Positions 1 to 10,361 of a stretch of 64,000 bases of DNA are shown piece by piece; the first letter of the stretch is position 1, and every line of letters starts with the position of its first letter. The stretch lies in the NCBI GenBank assembly GCA_965204565.1, contig CBDBEU010000005.1:1412366-1476365 (forward strand), read 5' to 3'. The position numbers and the translations under genes were made by a program. Source of the DNA: Hyphomicrobiales bacterium (lineage in GTDB: Bacteria; Pseudomonadota; Alphaproteobacteria; Rhizobiales; TMED25). The notes beneath the pieces were generated by a model that was given only the letters and a program-made list of their open reading frames with translations, was not told the DNA's origin and did not search any database.

Positions 1-933
<933 letters not shown>

Positions 934-936
934 CGG

Positions 937-1224
937 CTATTCCACCACTTTCGGAACTACGAAATAACCGTCCTCGGCGCGCGGCGCATTGGCGAGCACA
1001 CGATCACGATCATCGCCGTCATTGACTAAATCGTCGCGCATCTTGATGGTCGCCTCGACAACGCTGGTCATTGGCTCGACACCGTCGGTTTCAACCTCGT
1101 CAAGCTGCTCAACCCAGGTGAGGATCGAACTCAATTCGGAGACCAGGCCCGAGGCCTCATCATCGGCGATATTGATGCACGCAAGACGGGCGATGCGCCG
1201 CACAGTGGCTTCATCGACCTGCAT
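937..1224 (-). CDS. gatC: Asp/Glu-tRNA amidotransferase subunit C
   Basis: ORF 937..1266 trimmed to [54 protein letters not shown], a typical 95-aa GatC. It is followed by gatA. Confidence 0.9.
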   Translation of the reverse strand: MQVDEATVRRIARLACINIADDEASGLVSELSSILTWVEQLDEVETDGVEPMTSVVEATIKMRDDLVNDGDDRDRVLANAPRAEDGYFVVPKVVE

Positions 1225-1329
1225 GACAAATCCTTTAATCCGGAAGACTCGACAATTCTCCCGCACACATAGCCCGCACTCTCAAGGTACGCAATATCAC
1301 CAGCAGACGGCTTGAAGGAACCCCATGAA

Positions 1330-1806
1330 ATGACACAGTTGAAGAAGGCCAATCGCCGGGTGGCCGATGCTGCTGAGGGAGCCGGGCTGGATATCGAAAT
1401 TGTCACCATGAACAAGAGCACCCGCACCGCCGAAGAAGCGGCCGCGGCCTGTGGCTGCGAAGTCGGGCAAATCGTCAAATCGCTGATCTTTGCCGGGGGA
1501 ACCGGCGAAAACGCGATCCTCATTCTCGTATCCGGCGCAAACCGGGTCGATGAGGCAAAAGTGGCGAGTGTTATAGGCGAGCCGCTTGAACGGCCTAACG
1601 CTGCCTATGTGCGCGAAGTCACCGGATTTGCCATAGGCGGTGTGCCGCCGCTGGGCCACGCCACAACGCTCAATGTCTTGATCGACCGAGATCTCCTGAG
1701 CCATCGGACGGTGTGGGCCGCGGCCGGCACGCCGGACAGCGTGTTTGCGGTAGATCCGCAAAAGCTTGCCGAAGCAACCGGAGCCCGCATCGTCGGTGTC
1801 GCCTGA
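1330..1806 (+). CDS. YbaK/EbsC-type aminoacyl-tRNA editing (deacylase) domain protein
   Basis: ORF 1312..1806 has its first ATG at 1330. The pattern EEAAAACGCEVGQIVKSLIF...VTGFAIGGVPPLGH...WAAAGTP is typical of the YbaK/ProX family. Confidence 0.75.
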   Translation: MTQLKKANRRVADAAEGAGLDIEIVTMNKSTRTAEEAAAACGCEVGQIVKSLIFAGGTGENAILILVSGANRVDEAKVASVIGEPLERPNAAYVREVTGFAIGGVPPLGHATTLNVLIDRDLLSHRTVWAAAGTPDSVFAVDPQKLAEATGARIVGVA

Positions 1807-1844
1807 TAGCGAACTGTTCGCCGTTGCCGGAAAGAGCGATACTT

Positions 1845-2534
1845 CTAGAGTTCGAAGCCGACACCGATTTCAGGAACCGTCACCCTGGTCGGTGCCATTG
1901 CCTTGACGAAGATATCTGCCGACTGATCGATGATCGGGAAGGTGCCCCAGTGGATAGGCACAACGGTGGTAAAATCGAAATATTTCTTGCAGGCAAGCGC
2001 CGCAGTCTCACCCCCCATGGTGAAGCGGTCGCCGATCGGTACAAGGCCGATACGCGGTTTGTAGATCTCATCGACCAGCGCCATGTCGGAGAATATGTCG
2101 GTATCACCCATATGATAGATGGTGTGGCCGTCGCCGCGCACGATCAGTCCCAGAGGGTTGCCCAGATATGTGATCGATCCGTCGGCGAGCGAGGCCGATG
2201 AGTGCAACGCCTGAACGAAGGAAACCGAAAACGCACCCAGATCGATGGTGCCGCCGGTGTTGCCGGGTTCGAATTTTTCCAAACCCTTGCTTCCCAGATA
2301 GTTGCAGATCTCAAAGCAGGCGATGACCGTTGCGTCATTCGCCTTGGCGATGTCGACGGTGTCGCCGATATGGTCGTCATGGCCATGGCTGAGCGCGATA
2401 TGGGTACAGCCCTTTGCCGCTGCCGCGACGTCGCCGGTAAAGCTCGGGCTTCCGGAAAGAAAAGGATCGATCATCAATACCGCATCGGCAAGATCAATGC
2501 GGAAGGCCGAATGGCCCAGCCAGGTAATCTTCAT
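1845..2534 (-). CDS. UPF0173-type metal-dependent hydrolase (metallo-beta-lactamase fold)
   Basis: MKITWLGHSAFRIDL...IDPFLSG...THIALSHGHDDHIGD; 229 aa. Confidence 0.85.
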   Translation of the reverse strand: MKITWLGHSAFRIDLADAVLMIDPFLSGSPSFTGDVAAAAKGCTHIALSHGHDDHIGDTVDIAKANDATVIACFEICNYLGSKGLEKFEPGNTGGTIDLGAFSVSFVQALHSSASLADGSITYLGNPLGLIVRGDGHTIYHMGDTDIFSDMALVDEIYKPRIGLVPIGDRFTMGGETAALACKKYFDFTTVVPIHWGTFPIIDQSADIFVKAMAPTRVTVPEIGVGFEL

Positions 2535-2654
2535 CGCTCATAACCTCCCAAATGCACGTGTCACCAGTACTTGAGACAAAGCTAACGCATTTTGCCGGCG
2601 ACTGGAATCACTGGCAAGCGGGGGAGGCTGGCGCACCTTGCCGCCCGCCATGCT

Positions 2655-3125
2655 ATGAGCATTTGCATGATTGTCGAGCAACTAACCGATATCGCTCCGC
2701 TTCTGGCGCGGGCCGCGCGCCTGATGGGCCTTGATCTCGGCACCAAGACCATCGGTCTGGCGCTGTCGGATATCTCGCGAAAGGTGGCAAGCCCGTTTGA
2801 CACCATCCGCCGCACCAAGTTTCAGGCCGATGCCGACCAATTGCTGGCGCTGGCTCACGAGCATCAAGTCGGCGGCTTTATTCTGGGTCTTCCCCTCAAC
2901 ATGAATGCCAGCGAAGGCCCGCGCGCCCAGGCCACCCGCGCTTTTGCCGCCAATCTGGCAAAGCGTACCGGCATTCCGATCGCTTATTGGGATGAGCGGC
3001 TGTCGACGGTCGCTGCCGAGCGCGTATTGCTGGAGGCTGATCAAAGCCGGCACCGCCGCGCCCAGGTGATCGACAAGATGGCCGCGGCCTATTTTCTGCA
3101 AGGCGCGCTCGACCGGCTGCAGTGA
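2655..3125 (+). CDS. ruvX: Putative pre-16S rRNA nuclease / Holliday-junction resolvase-like YqgF
   Basis: ORF 2592..3125; [17 protein letters not shown]...[25 protein letters not shown]...[12 protein letters not shown]. The start is uncertain (2655 or 2667). Confidence 0.85.
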   Translation: MSICMIVEQLTDIAPLLARAARLMGLDLGTKTIGLALSDISRKVASPFDTIRRTKFQADADQLLALAHEHQVGGFILGLPLNMNASEGPRAQATRAFAANLAKRTGIPIAYWDERLSTVAAERVLLEADQSRHRRAQVIDKMAAAYFLQGALDRLQ

Positions 3126-3225
3126 TGAACATCCTTGGCAGGCAATACTCCGATTCACCAATTATCCACCTCACACAAAGACGCGCTTGCCAGGTTGCAA
3201 GGCTGAACATATAAAGTGTCTTTCG

Positions 3226-4185
3226 ATGGCAGAACCTGTCGAAATCCCCTCCCCCATCCTGCGCTTGCCGCATCTTCTGGGTATTGACGGCCTTGGCGTC
3301 GACGAGGTTTTGGCACTGCTCGACCTTGCCGACCAATGGGTCGAGCGCAATCGGGCCGCACCGCAAAAGCGCGATACCTTGCGCGGGCGCACCCAGATCA
3401 ATCTGTTCTTTGAGTCATCAACACGCACCCAAAGCTCGTTCGAACTCGCCGGCAAAAGGCTGGGCGCCGATGTCGTCAATATGGCAGTTGCACGCTCGGC
3501 CGTTGCCAAGGGCGAAACACTGATCGATACCGCGATGACGCTGAACGCCATGAACCCGGACATTCTGGTGATCCGCCATGAGGCGGCAGGCGCGGTCGAG
3601 CTGCTTTCGCAAAAGGTTGATTGTTCGGTGGTTAATGCCGGCGATGGCGCGCGAGAGCATCCCACCCAGGCGCTGCTTGATGCACTTACCATTCGCCGCC
3701 GCAAGGAACGGCTTGAGGGGCTGACGGTGGCGATATGCGGTGATATCGCCCATAGCCGGGTGGCGCGCTCCAATCTGGTATTGTTGTCGATGCTGGGCGC
3801 GCGGCTGCGTCTGGCGGCACCGCGAACATTGCTGCCGCCGGCGGTCGAGCGATTTGGTGCCGAAGTTTTCACCAATCTCGAAGACGCGATCGTTGATGCC
3901 GATGTGGTGATGATGCTGCGGCTGCAGAAAGAGCGCATGACATCGTCCTATATTCCATCGGCGCGCGAGTATTTCCGATTTTTCGGTCTGGATCACGCCA
4001 AGCTGGCGCGCGCCAAGCCGGATGCCATCGTCATGCATCCGGGGCCGATGAACCGCGGCGTGGAGATCGACAGCGCGGTAGCGGACGATCCGCGCGCGGT
4101 AATACGCGAACAGGTGGAAATCGGCGTATCGGTGCGCATGGCGGTGCTTGAAGCGCTGGCCGCCCACGTCTTGCCGGCGCCATGA
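3226..4185 (+). CDS. pyrB: Aspartate carbamoyltransferase catalytic subunit
   Basis: ORF 3187..4185 trimmed to MAEPVEI; [40 protein letters not shown] motifs. Confidence 0.9.
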   Translation: MAEPVEIPSPILRLPHLLGIDGLGVDEVLALLDLADQWVERNRAAPQKRDTLRGRTQINLFFESSTRTQSSFELAGKRLGADVVNMAVARSAVAKGETLIDTAMTLNAMNPDILVIRHEAAGAVELLSQKVDCSVVNAGDGAREHPTQALLDALTIRRRKERLEGLTVAICGDIAHSRVARSNLVLLSMLGARLRLAAPRTLLPPAVERFGAEVFTNLEDAIVDADVVMMLRLQKERMTSSYIPSAREYFRFFGLDHAKLARAKPDAIVMHPGPMNRGVEIDSAVADDPRAVIREQVEIGVSVRMAVLEALAAHVLPAP

Positions 4186-4221
4186 GGGCCATATGACAAA
4201 GCCAATCCGGCGGGACTGCCG

Positions 4222-5544
4222 ATGAACGCACACACAGCACCACCCACGGTGTTCCGAAATGCACGACTGATCGACCCTGCAAGCGGGCTCGACGAGTTTG
4301 GTGCGCTGATGATCGCGGACGGTCTGATTGCCGACATCATCCCCGGCACCGCGCGCCTTTCCCCGCCCGACGACGCGCGCGTGATCGATTGCCGAGGTCA
4401 TGTTCTGGCTCCGGGACTGGTCGATATGCGGGTGTTCGCCGGTGAGCCGGGTTTTGAGCACCGTGAAACGCTGGCGGGTGCCAGCCGTGCGGCATCAGCC
4501 GGGGGTGTGACCACGCTGATCTGCCGGCCGGATACCGAACCGGTGATCGACGATGCAGCATTGGTTGATTATATCCGCCGACGGGCGCGCGACGATGCAC
4601 TGGTGCATGTCCATCCGATGGCGGCACTGACGCGGGGACTTCAGGGCCGCGAAATGACCGAGATCGGTCTGCTCGCCGAAGCCGGCGCGGTGGCGTTCGG
4701 CGATGGTGCCGGCAGTATCGCCGATGCGCGGGTGATGCGTCATGCGCTGACCTACTCTCAGTCCTTCGATGCGCTGATCCTCCCCCATGTCGAGGATGCA
4801 GCGCTCGCAGTCAACGGCGTGATGAACGAAGGCGAGATTTCAGCACGTCTGGGTCTACCCGGCTCGCCCGCCATGGCGGAGATTATCGCTGTTGAACGCG
4901 ATATGCGCCTGGTTGAGCTTACCGGTGGACGCTATCACGCTGCTGCCATTTCCTGTGGCGCATCGATAAGCGCGATCGCGGCGGCCAAACAAGGTGGACA
5001 ATCCGTGACCTGCGGTGTGTCGATCAATAATCTGTTGTTGAACGAAATCGATGTCGGCCCCTACCGAACCTTCTTCAAGCTGCGCCCGCCGCTGAGACCG
5101 GAGTCTGATCGTAGCGCCGTGATCGAGGGGCTGGCATCGGGGGCAATTGACGTCATTGTCTCCGATCACGATCCGCAGGATACCGACTCAAAGCGCCGAC
5201 CCTTCGTTGAAGCCGGTTTTGGCGCGGTCGGTCTTGAAACTCTGCTCCCGGCCGCCTTGGGGCTTTATCATGAAGGACATATCGAACTGAAACGGCTGCT
5301 GGCTGCGATGACCTGCAATCCGGCACGTATTCTGGGGCTTGATACCGGACGGCTGGAGCGCGGGCTTGCCGCTGATCTGGTGGTGATCGATCTCGACACT
5401 CCATTCGTGGTGATTGCCGAAGAACTGGTCTCCAAATGCCAGAACACGACTTTCGAGCGGAGGCGCATGCAGGGACGCGCAATCACAACCATGGTTGCTG
5501 GCGAAATCGTGTTTGAACGCGCGCCGGAAAAGACCGATGCCTGA
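4222..5544 (+). CDS. pyrC: Dihydroorotase-family amidohydrolase (PyrC / PyrC-prime)
   Basis: 440 aa, next to pyrB; amidohydrolase pattern [12 protein letters not shown]...SDHDPQ. Whether it is catalytic cannot be decided by eye. Confidence 0.8.
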   Translation: MNAHTAPPTVFRNARLIDPASGLDEFGALMIADGLIADIIPGTARLSPPDDARVIDCRGHVLAPGLVDMRVFAGEPGFEHRETLAGASRAASAGGVTTLICRPDTEPVIDDAALVDYIRRRARDDALVHVHPMAALTRGLQGREMTEIGLLAEAGAVAFGDGAGSIADARVMRHALTYSQSFDALILPHVEDAALAVNGVMNEGEISARLGLPGSPAMAEIIAVERDMRLVELTGGRYHAAAISCGASISAIAAAKQGGQSVTCGVSINNLLLNEIDVGPYRTFFKLRPPLRPESDRSAVIEGLASGAIDVIVSDHDPQDTDSKRRPFVEAGFGAVGLETLLPAALGLYHEGHIELKRLLAAMTCNPARILGLDTGRLERGLAADLVVIDLDTPFVVIAEELVSKCQNTTFERRRMQGRAITTMVAGEIVFERAPEKTDA

Positions 5545-6148
5545 TCCGATCAGCTGGCAGTACACTGCACCTTATTTCGCAGCAGCACTGGTATTTGGCT
5601 ATCTTCTGGGCTCGATTCCCTTCGGCATGCCACTGACCAAGCTCGCTGGCACAGCGGATCTGCGCTCAATCGGCTCAGGCAATATCGGCACCACCAATGT
5701 GCTGCGCACCGGCCGCAAGGATCTGGCGGCGGCAACACTCCTTCTCGATGCAGTTAAAGGTACTTTTGCCGTGTTGGCTGCCGCTCAGTGGGGCAACGAT
5801 ACGGCAGTGATTGCTGGTCTTGGCGCGTTTCTCGGCCATTTGTTCCCGGTGTGGCTCAAATTTCGCGGCGGCAAGGGTGTCGCCACATTTCTCGGCATTC
5901 TTGCCGCGTTGCACTGGCCTTCGGCCCTGATCTTTGCCGGCATCTGGCTCACTGTCGCAGCCCTCACCCGCTACTCATCACTGGCCGCCCTGATCGCATC
6001 TCTTGGCGCACCGGTCGGTCTCTACGCGTTCGACGAGCTCCAGTTCATGGAACTGTTCATTCTGTTGACGGTTCTTTTGTATCTGACCCACCGCACAAAT
6101 ATTGTGCGTCTAGCGCGCAGGAGCGAGACCAGGATCGGCGGTGGGTGA
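5537..6148 (+). CDS. plsY: Glycerol-3-phosphate acyltransferase PlsY
   Basis: Internal start of ORF 5414..6148; [10 protein letters not shown]...[16 protein letters not shown]...FKGGKGVAT. It overlaps the pyrC stop by 8 nt. Confidence 0.9.
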   Translation: MPDPISWQYTAPYFAAALVFGYLLGSIPFGMPLTKLAGTADLRSIGSGNIGTTNVLRTGRKDLAAATLLLDAVKGTFAVLAAAQWGNDTAVIAGLGAFLGHLFPVWLKFRGGKGVATFLGILAALHWPSALIFAGIWLTVAALTRYSSLAALIASLGAPVGLYAFDELQFMELFILLTVLLYLTHRTNIVRLARRSETRIGGG

Positions 6149-6153
6149 ACATC

Positions 6154-7323
6154 ATGGACGAAAGCCGGACCGGAGCCCGTCTCGATGATCGCCAGCGCAT
6201 TGCGTGGCTTCGATTGTTAAGATCGGAGAATATCGGTCCAAGATCGTTTCACGAACTGGTCAATAGGTTCGGCGGTGCGAGCGCAGCCTTGGAGGCACTG
6301 CCGGAGCTGGCGCGGCGTGGCGGCAGGCGCAATGGCGTGCGCGTATTTGCACAAGAAGCGGCAGAGGACGAGTTGGAGGCGGTATCCCGCGCCGGTGCCG
6401 TACTGGCCGTACCCGGAGAGGACGGATACCCGCCAGCACTTGCTCATATCCATGACGCCCCGCCACTGCTGTGCGTCAAAGGCCGCCCGGAACTCAGCAT
6501 AGGCCGCATCGTCGCCGTGGTCGGCGCAAGACAAGCATCCGCACTTGGCCAGAGGATGGCAGCGCTGATCGCGCGTGAATTGGGCTCCCGGGGTTATGTC
6601 GTTACCTCCGGCCTTGCTCGCGGCGTTGATACATCAGCGCATGAAGCCTCCCTTTCAAGCGGAACCATCGCGGCACTGGCTGGTGGAATCGACATCGTCT
6701 ATCCACCGCAGAACGAAGCGTTGATGGATCAGATCGGAAAAACCGGGCTACTGGTGAGCGAAATGCCGCCGGGCTTGAAGCCCGGTGCGCGGCATTTTCC
6801 GCGCCGCAATCGGCTGATCTCGGGCATGTCGCTCGGTGTGGTGATCATTGAGGCTGCACGGCGGTCGGGATCACTCATCACAGCCCGGATGGCACTCGAA
6901 CAGGGGCGCGAGGTGTTCGCGGTTCCAGGCTCTCCTCTCGATCCTCGCGCGGAGGGCGCCAATCGATTGATCCGCGACGGCGCTACCCTGACCAGGTCAG
7001 CCGACGACGTCATTGAAGGACTTGAACCGATGCTCGGAACTATCGCTGCCGGCCCCGACGATGCCGCCAATGGACTTGCTGATTTTGCTGAAGGAGCGAA
7101 CCGACCAGCGCCGGACCCGCCCGATGAAGATGCACGCGCCGGCATAACCGCGCTTCTCAGCGTCAGCCCAACATCGATTGACGATATTATCCGTCGGTCA
7201 GGCAGCGATGCCGCAATTGTTGCAGGTGTTTTGCTGGAGTTGGAACTCGCCGGACGGCTGGTGCGCCAATCAGGACAACTTGTGGCACTGGCACCGCAAG
7301 ATGAGGCAACGCGTTCGTATTAA
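6154..7323 (+). CDS. dprA: DNA-processing protein DprA (Smf)
   Basis: ATG at 6154 inside ORF 5788..7323; WLRLLRSENIGPRSFHELVNRFG, SGLARGVDTSAHEASL, FPRRNRLISG. Confidence 0.85.
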   Translation: MDESRTGARLDDRQRIAWLRLLRSENIGPRSFHELVNRFGGASAALEALPELARRGGRRNGVRVFAQEAAEDELEAVSRAGAVLAVPGEDGYPPALAHIHDAPPLLCVKGRPELSIGRIVAVVGARQASALGQRMAALIARELGSRGYVVTSGLARGVDTSAHEASLSSGTIAALAGGIDIVYPPQNEALMDQIGKTGLLVSEMPPGLKPGARHFPRRNRLISGMSLGVVIIEAARRSGSLITARMALEQGREVFAVPGSPLDPRAEGANRLIRDGATLTRSADDVIEGLEPMLGTIAAGPDDAANGLADFAEGANRPAPDPPDEDARAGITALLSVSPTSIDDIIRRSGSDAAIVAGVLLELELAGRLVRQSGQLVALAPQDEATRSY

Positions 7324-7577
7324 CCGAAGGGACTGCATGGTCGGCGTTGGAACAAGCACCAGCCTATCCCTCGAATTCGAGGCTCGGGGGAACGCGGGCA
7401 TTCTGATTGCACCTTTGCTTCCTCAGCCGCCATATCGAGGATGTGTGCGAGCAGATCATAGCCGGCGAAATTGGCCGGATCACGAAGCTCTATCGTCATG
7501 TCGGAAATGTAACGTGCGGCTTCCGCCCGCCTTCCCGGGCTTTCGTCGTTTCTGACGGCAGATGGATGACGTGACAT
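7320..7577 (-). CDS. Small hypothetical protein (85 aa)
   Basis: ORF 7320..7598 trimmed to MSRHPS. I recognise no family. Convergent with dprA. Coding status is uncertain. Confidence 0.3.
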   Translation of the reverse strand: MSRHPSAVRNDESPGRRAEAARYISDMTIELRDPANFAGYDLLAHILDMAAEEAKVQSECPRSPEPRIRGIGWCLFQRRPCSPFG

Positions 7578-7754
7578 GATTGGAATCGTTGGTCTCAAAC
7601 GACATCTATCTATACAAGATTATTTATCCGCCACTCAACTATAAATAGAAGCATTTGATGAGCAAAACACACATCGTTTGACAGCGGGGCAACGAGCACC
7701 CATGTTGCGCTGCCGTGAACGGACAGGTGAGTCACTCTCTCGGACCGTTCGTGA

Positions 7755-7786
7755 CCCCATCAATTTCAGCGCCCATCAATTTCAGC
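7755..7786. repeat. 16-bp tandem duplication (2 units, 1 mismatch) in the topA leader
   Basis: ccccatcaatttcagc at 7755-7770 and gcccatcaatttcagc at 7771-7786. The repeat ends 16 nt before the topA ATG (7803). Confidence 0.9.
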
Positions 7787-7802
7787 AATCGAATCGGACC
7801 AT

Positions 7803-10361
7803 ATGAACGTCGTCGTTGTTGAATCGCCTGCCAAGGCGAAGACGATCAACCGCTATCTCGGCAGTGACTATACCGTGCTCGCCTCCTATGGCCATGTGCG
7901 TGATCTGCCGTCAAAGGATGGCTCTGTCAAACCAGACCGGGATTTCGAAATGACCTGGCAGGTCGACCCGAAATCCGCCAAACGGGTCAACGATATCGTC
8001 GCTGCGCTGAAAGGCGCAGAACGGCTCATATTGGCGACCGACCCCGACCGCGAGGGCGAGGCGATTTCGTGGCACGTACTGGAATTGCTGAAGCGCAAGG
8101 GTGCGCTCAAAGGCGTGGATGTCGAACGCGTGGTGTTCAATGCGGTGACCAAAAGCGCAATTGTCGAAGCGATGGCTCATCCGCGCAAGCTCGACGAGGA
8201 TCTGGTTGAAGCCTATCTCGCTCGCCGCGCACTTGATTATCTGGTCGGGTTCACGCTCTCGCCGGTGTTGTGGCGCAAACTGCCGGGTTCGCGCTCGGCC
8301 GGACGCGTTCAATCGGTCGCGCTGCGCCTGATCTGCGAGCGCGAGCTCCAGATTGAAAGTTTTCGCGCGCGCGAATACTGGACCATCGATGCGAATCTGC
8401 GCACGCTCGAGGATGAACCGTTCACTGCCAAACTAGTGGCACGTGACGGCGAAAAACTCGATCGCTTCGCCATCGGCGATGAAGCACAAGCCAGCGCCAT
8501 CAAGAGCAGTCTTGAAGGTCAGGAGTGTTCCGTCTCCGGTGTTGAGCGCAAGGATGCCAAACGCCACCCGCAACCGCCCTTCACCACCTCGACCCTGCAG
8601 CAGGAAGCCTCGCGAAAACTGGGTTTTGGTGCGAGCCGCACCATGCAGATTGCACAGCGTTTGTACGAAGGCATCAATATCGGTGGAGAAACGGTCGGTC
8701 TCATAACCTATATGCGTACCGACGGGGTGCAGATTGCTGACGAGGCAATTGTTTCCTGCCGGGATGTGATTTCAGGGCGATATGGGCGCAATTACATGCC
8801 TGATGCGCCCAGGGTCTACCGGGTCAAGGCGAAGAATGCACAAGAGGCACATGAAGCGATCCGCCCGACCGATCTCGACCGCCGTCCAAACGATGTTGCA
8901 GCAACGCTCGAACCCGATCAGGCAAAGCTCTATGAGCTGATCTGGAAGCGCACGCTGGCAAGCCAGATGGCGAGTGCAGAACTGGAGCGAACCGCCGCCG
9001 ATATTGCTGTCACCGGCAGTAACGGCATCGCCAATGTGCTGCGCGCCACCGGTCAGGTGATCCGGTTTGATGGTTTTCTCACGCTCTATCAGGAAAGCAG
9101 CGACGACAGTGACGAGGGTGATGATGGCCGGCTACCCGCCCTTGCCGAGCGCGATGCGCTGGGACTGGATGAAATTCTGGCAGGCCGGCATTTCACTGAA
9201 CCGCCGCCGCGCTTTACTGAAGCAAGCCTGATCAAGCGCATGGAAGAGCGCGGTATCGGGCGGCCTTCGACCTATGCCCAGACGCTCACGGTGCTGCGTG
9301 AGCGCGACTATGTGACACTGGAAAAGCGCCGCCTGTTTCCCCATGACAAAGGCCGGCTGGTGACCGCGTTTCTGGAATCGTTCTTCACCCGCTATGTGCA
9401 GTACGACTTCACTGCGGAATTGGAAGAAAAACTCGACCTGATCTCCAATGGCGAGTTCGAATGGAAGGCGCTGTTGCGCGATTTTTGGTCACAGCTTGAG
9501 AGCGACGTTGAGGGTATTTCGGACCTACGGATCACACAGGTGCTCAATGCACTGAATGAAGTTCTGGGTCCGCACATCTTCCCCGATCCCGGAGATGGTA
9601 CCGACCCGCGCAAATGCCCATCCTGCGAGGATGGACAGGTCAGTCTCAAAGTCGGCCGCCTCGGCGCTTTTATCGGCTGCTCGAACTATCCGGATTGCCA
9701 TCACACGCGCCAATTGGCGGTAGGCAATGGAAATGAGGCTGCAAAGCAGGCGCAAGAAGCGCGTGTGCTGGGACCTGATCCTGAAACCGGCGAGGATGTT
9801 TCCATCCAGAACGGCCGTTTTGGACCCTATGTCCAGCTTGGCGCGGCGAGTGATGGCGAAAAGCCCAAACGGGCATCAATCCCTGCAAGCGAAGACCCGG
9901 CATCGCTGACGCTGGAGCGTGCATTGGCGCTGTTATCACTGCCGCGCGAAGTCGGGATCCATCCCGAAACCGGCAAACCGATCAATGCCGGCATTGGCCG
10001 CTATGGCCCGTTTGTTCAGCATGAACGCACCTACGCAAACCTCGAATCGGTCGAAGAAGTATTCACCGTCGGGCTCAACCGGGCGGTCACGCTGATCGCG
10101 GAAAAGCAGAGAATTGGCGGGCGTGGATCGGCGAAGTCGCTCAAGGATCTTGGTGCGCATCCGAGTGATGGTGAGCCGGTATTCGTGATGGATGGGCGTT
10201 ACGGGCCTTATGTCAAACACGGCAAGACCAATGCCACATTGCCGCGCGGTACCGACCCGCAAAACGTGACCATGGAGACGGCCGTTGAGCTGATTGCGGC
10301 CAAAGCAGCAGCCGGTCCGCGCAAGCGCGGCACCCGCAAATCAAAGGCCGCCACTGGCTGA
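7803..10361 (+). CDS. topA: DNA topoisomerase I
   Basis: 852 aa; MNVVVVESPAKAKTINRYLG (TOPRIM), C-terminal Zn-ribbon CPSCEDG...CSNYPDC. Confidence 0.95.
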   Translation: MNVVVVESPAKAKTINRYLGSDYTVLASYGHVRDLPSKDGSVKPDRDFEMTWQVDPKSAKRVNDIVAALKGAERLILATDPDREGEAISWHVLELLKRKGALKGVDVERVVFNAVTKSAIVEAMAHPRKLDEDLVEAYLARRALDYLVGFTLSPVLWRKLPGSRSAGRVQSVALRLICERELQIESFRAREYWTIDANLRTLEDEPFTAKLVARDGEKLDRFAIGDEAQASAIKSSLEGQECSVSGVERKDAKRHPQPPFTTSTLQQEASRKLGFGASRTMQIAQRLYEGINIGGETVGLITYMRTDGVQIADEAIVSCRDVISGRYGRNYMPDAPRVYRVKAKNAQEAHEAIRPTDLDRRPNDVAATLEPDQAKLYELIWKRTLASQMASAELERTAADIAVTGSNGIANVLRATGQVIRFDGFLTLYQESSDDSDEGDDGRLPALAERDALGLDEILAGRHFTEPPPRFTEASLIKRMEERGIGRPSTYAQTLTVLRERDYVTLEKRRLFPHDKGRLVTAFLESFFTRYVQYDFTAELEEKLDLISNGEFEWKALLRDFWSQLESDVEGISDLRITQVLNALNEVLGPHIFPDPGDGTDPRKCPSCEDGQVSLKVGRLGAFIGCSNYPDCHHTRQLAVGNGNEAAKQAQEARVLGPDPETGEDVSIQNGRFGPYVQLGAASDGEKPKRASIPASEDPASLTLERALALLSLPREVGIHPETGKPINAGIGRYGPFVQHERTYANLESVEEVFTVGLNRAVTLIAEKQRIGGRGSAKSLKDLGAHPSDGEPVFVMDGRYGPYVKHGKTNATLPRGTDPQNVTMETAVELIAAKAAAGPRKRGTRKSKAATG

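Noticed and set aside
5788-6153. N-terminal 122 codons of track ORF 5788..7323
   Set aside because: This part overlaps plsY in another frame. DprA homology begins at MDESRTGARLDDRQRIAWLRL (ATG 6154), just after the plsY stop.
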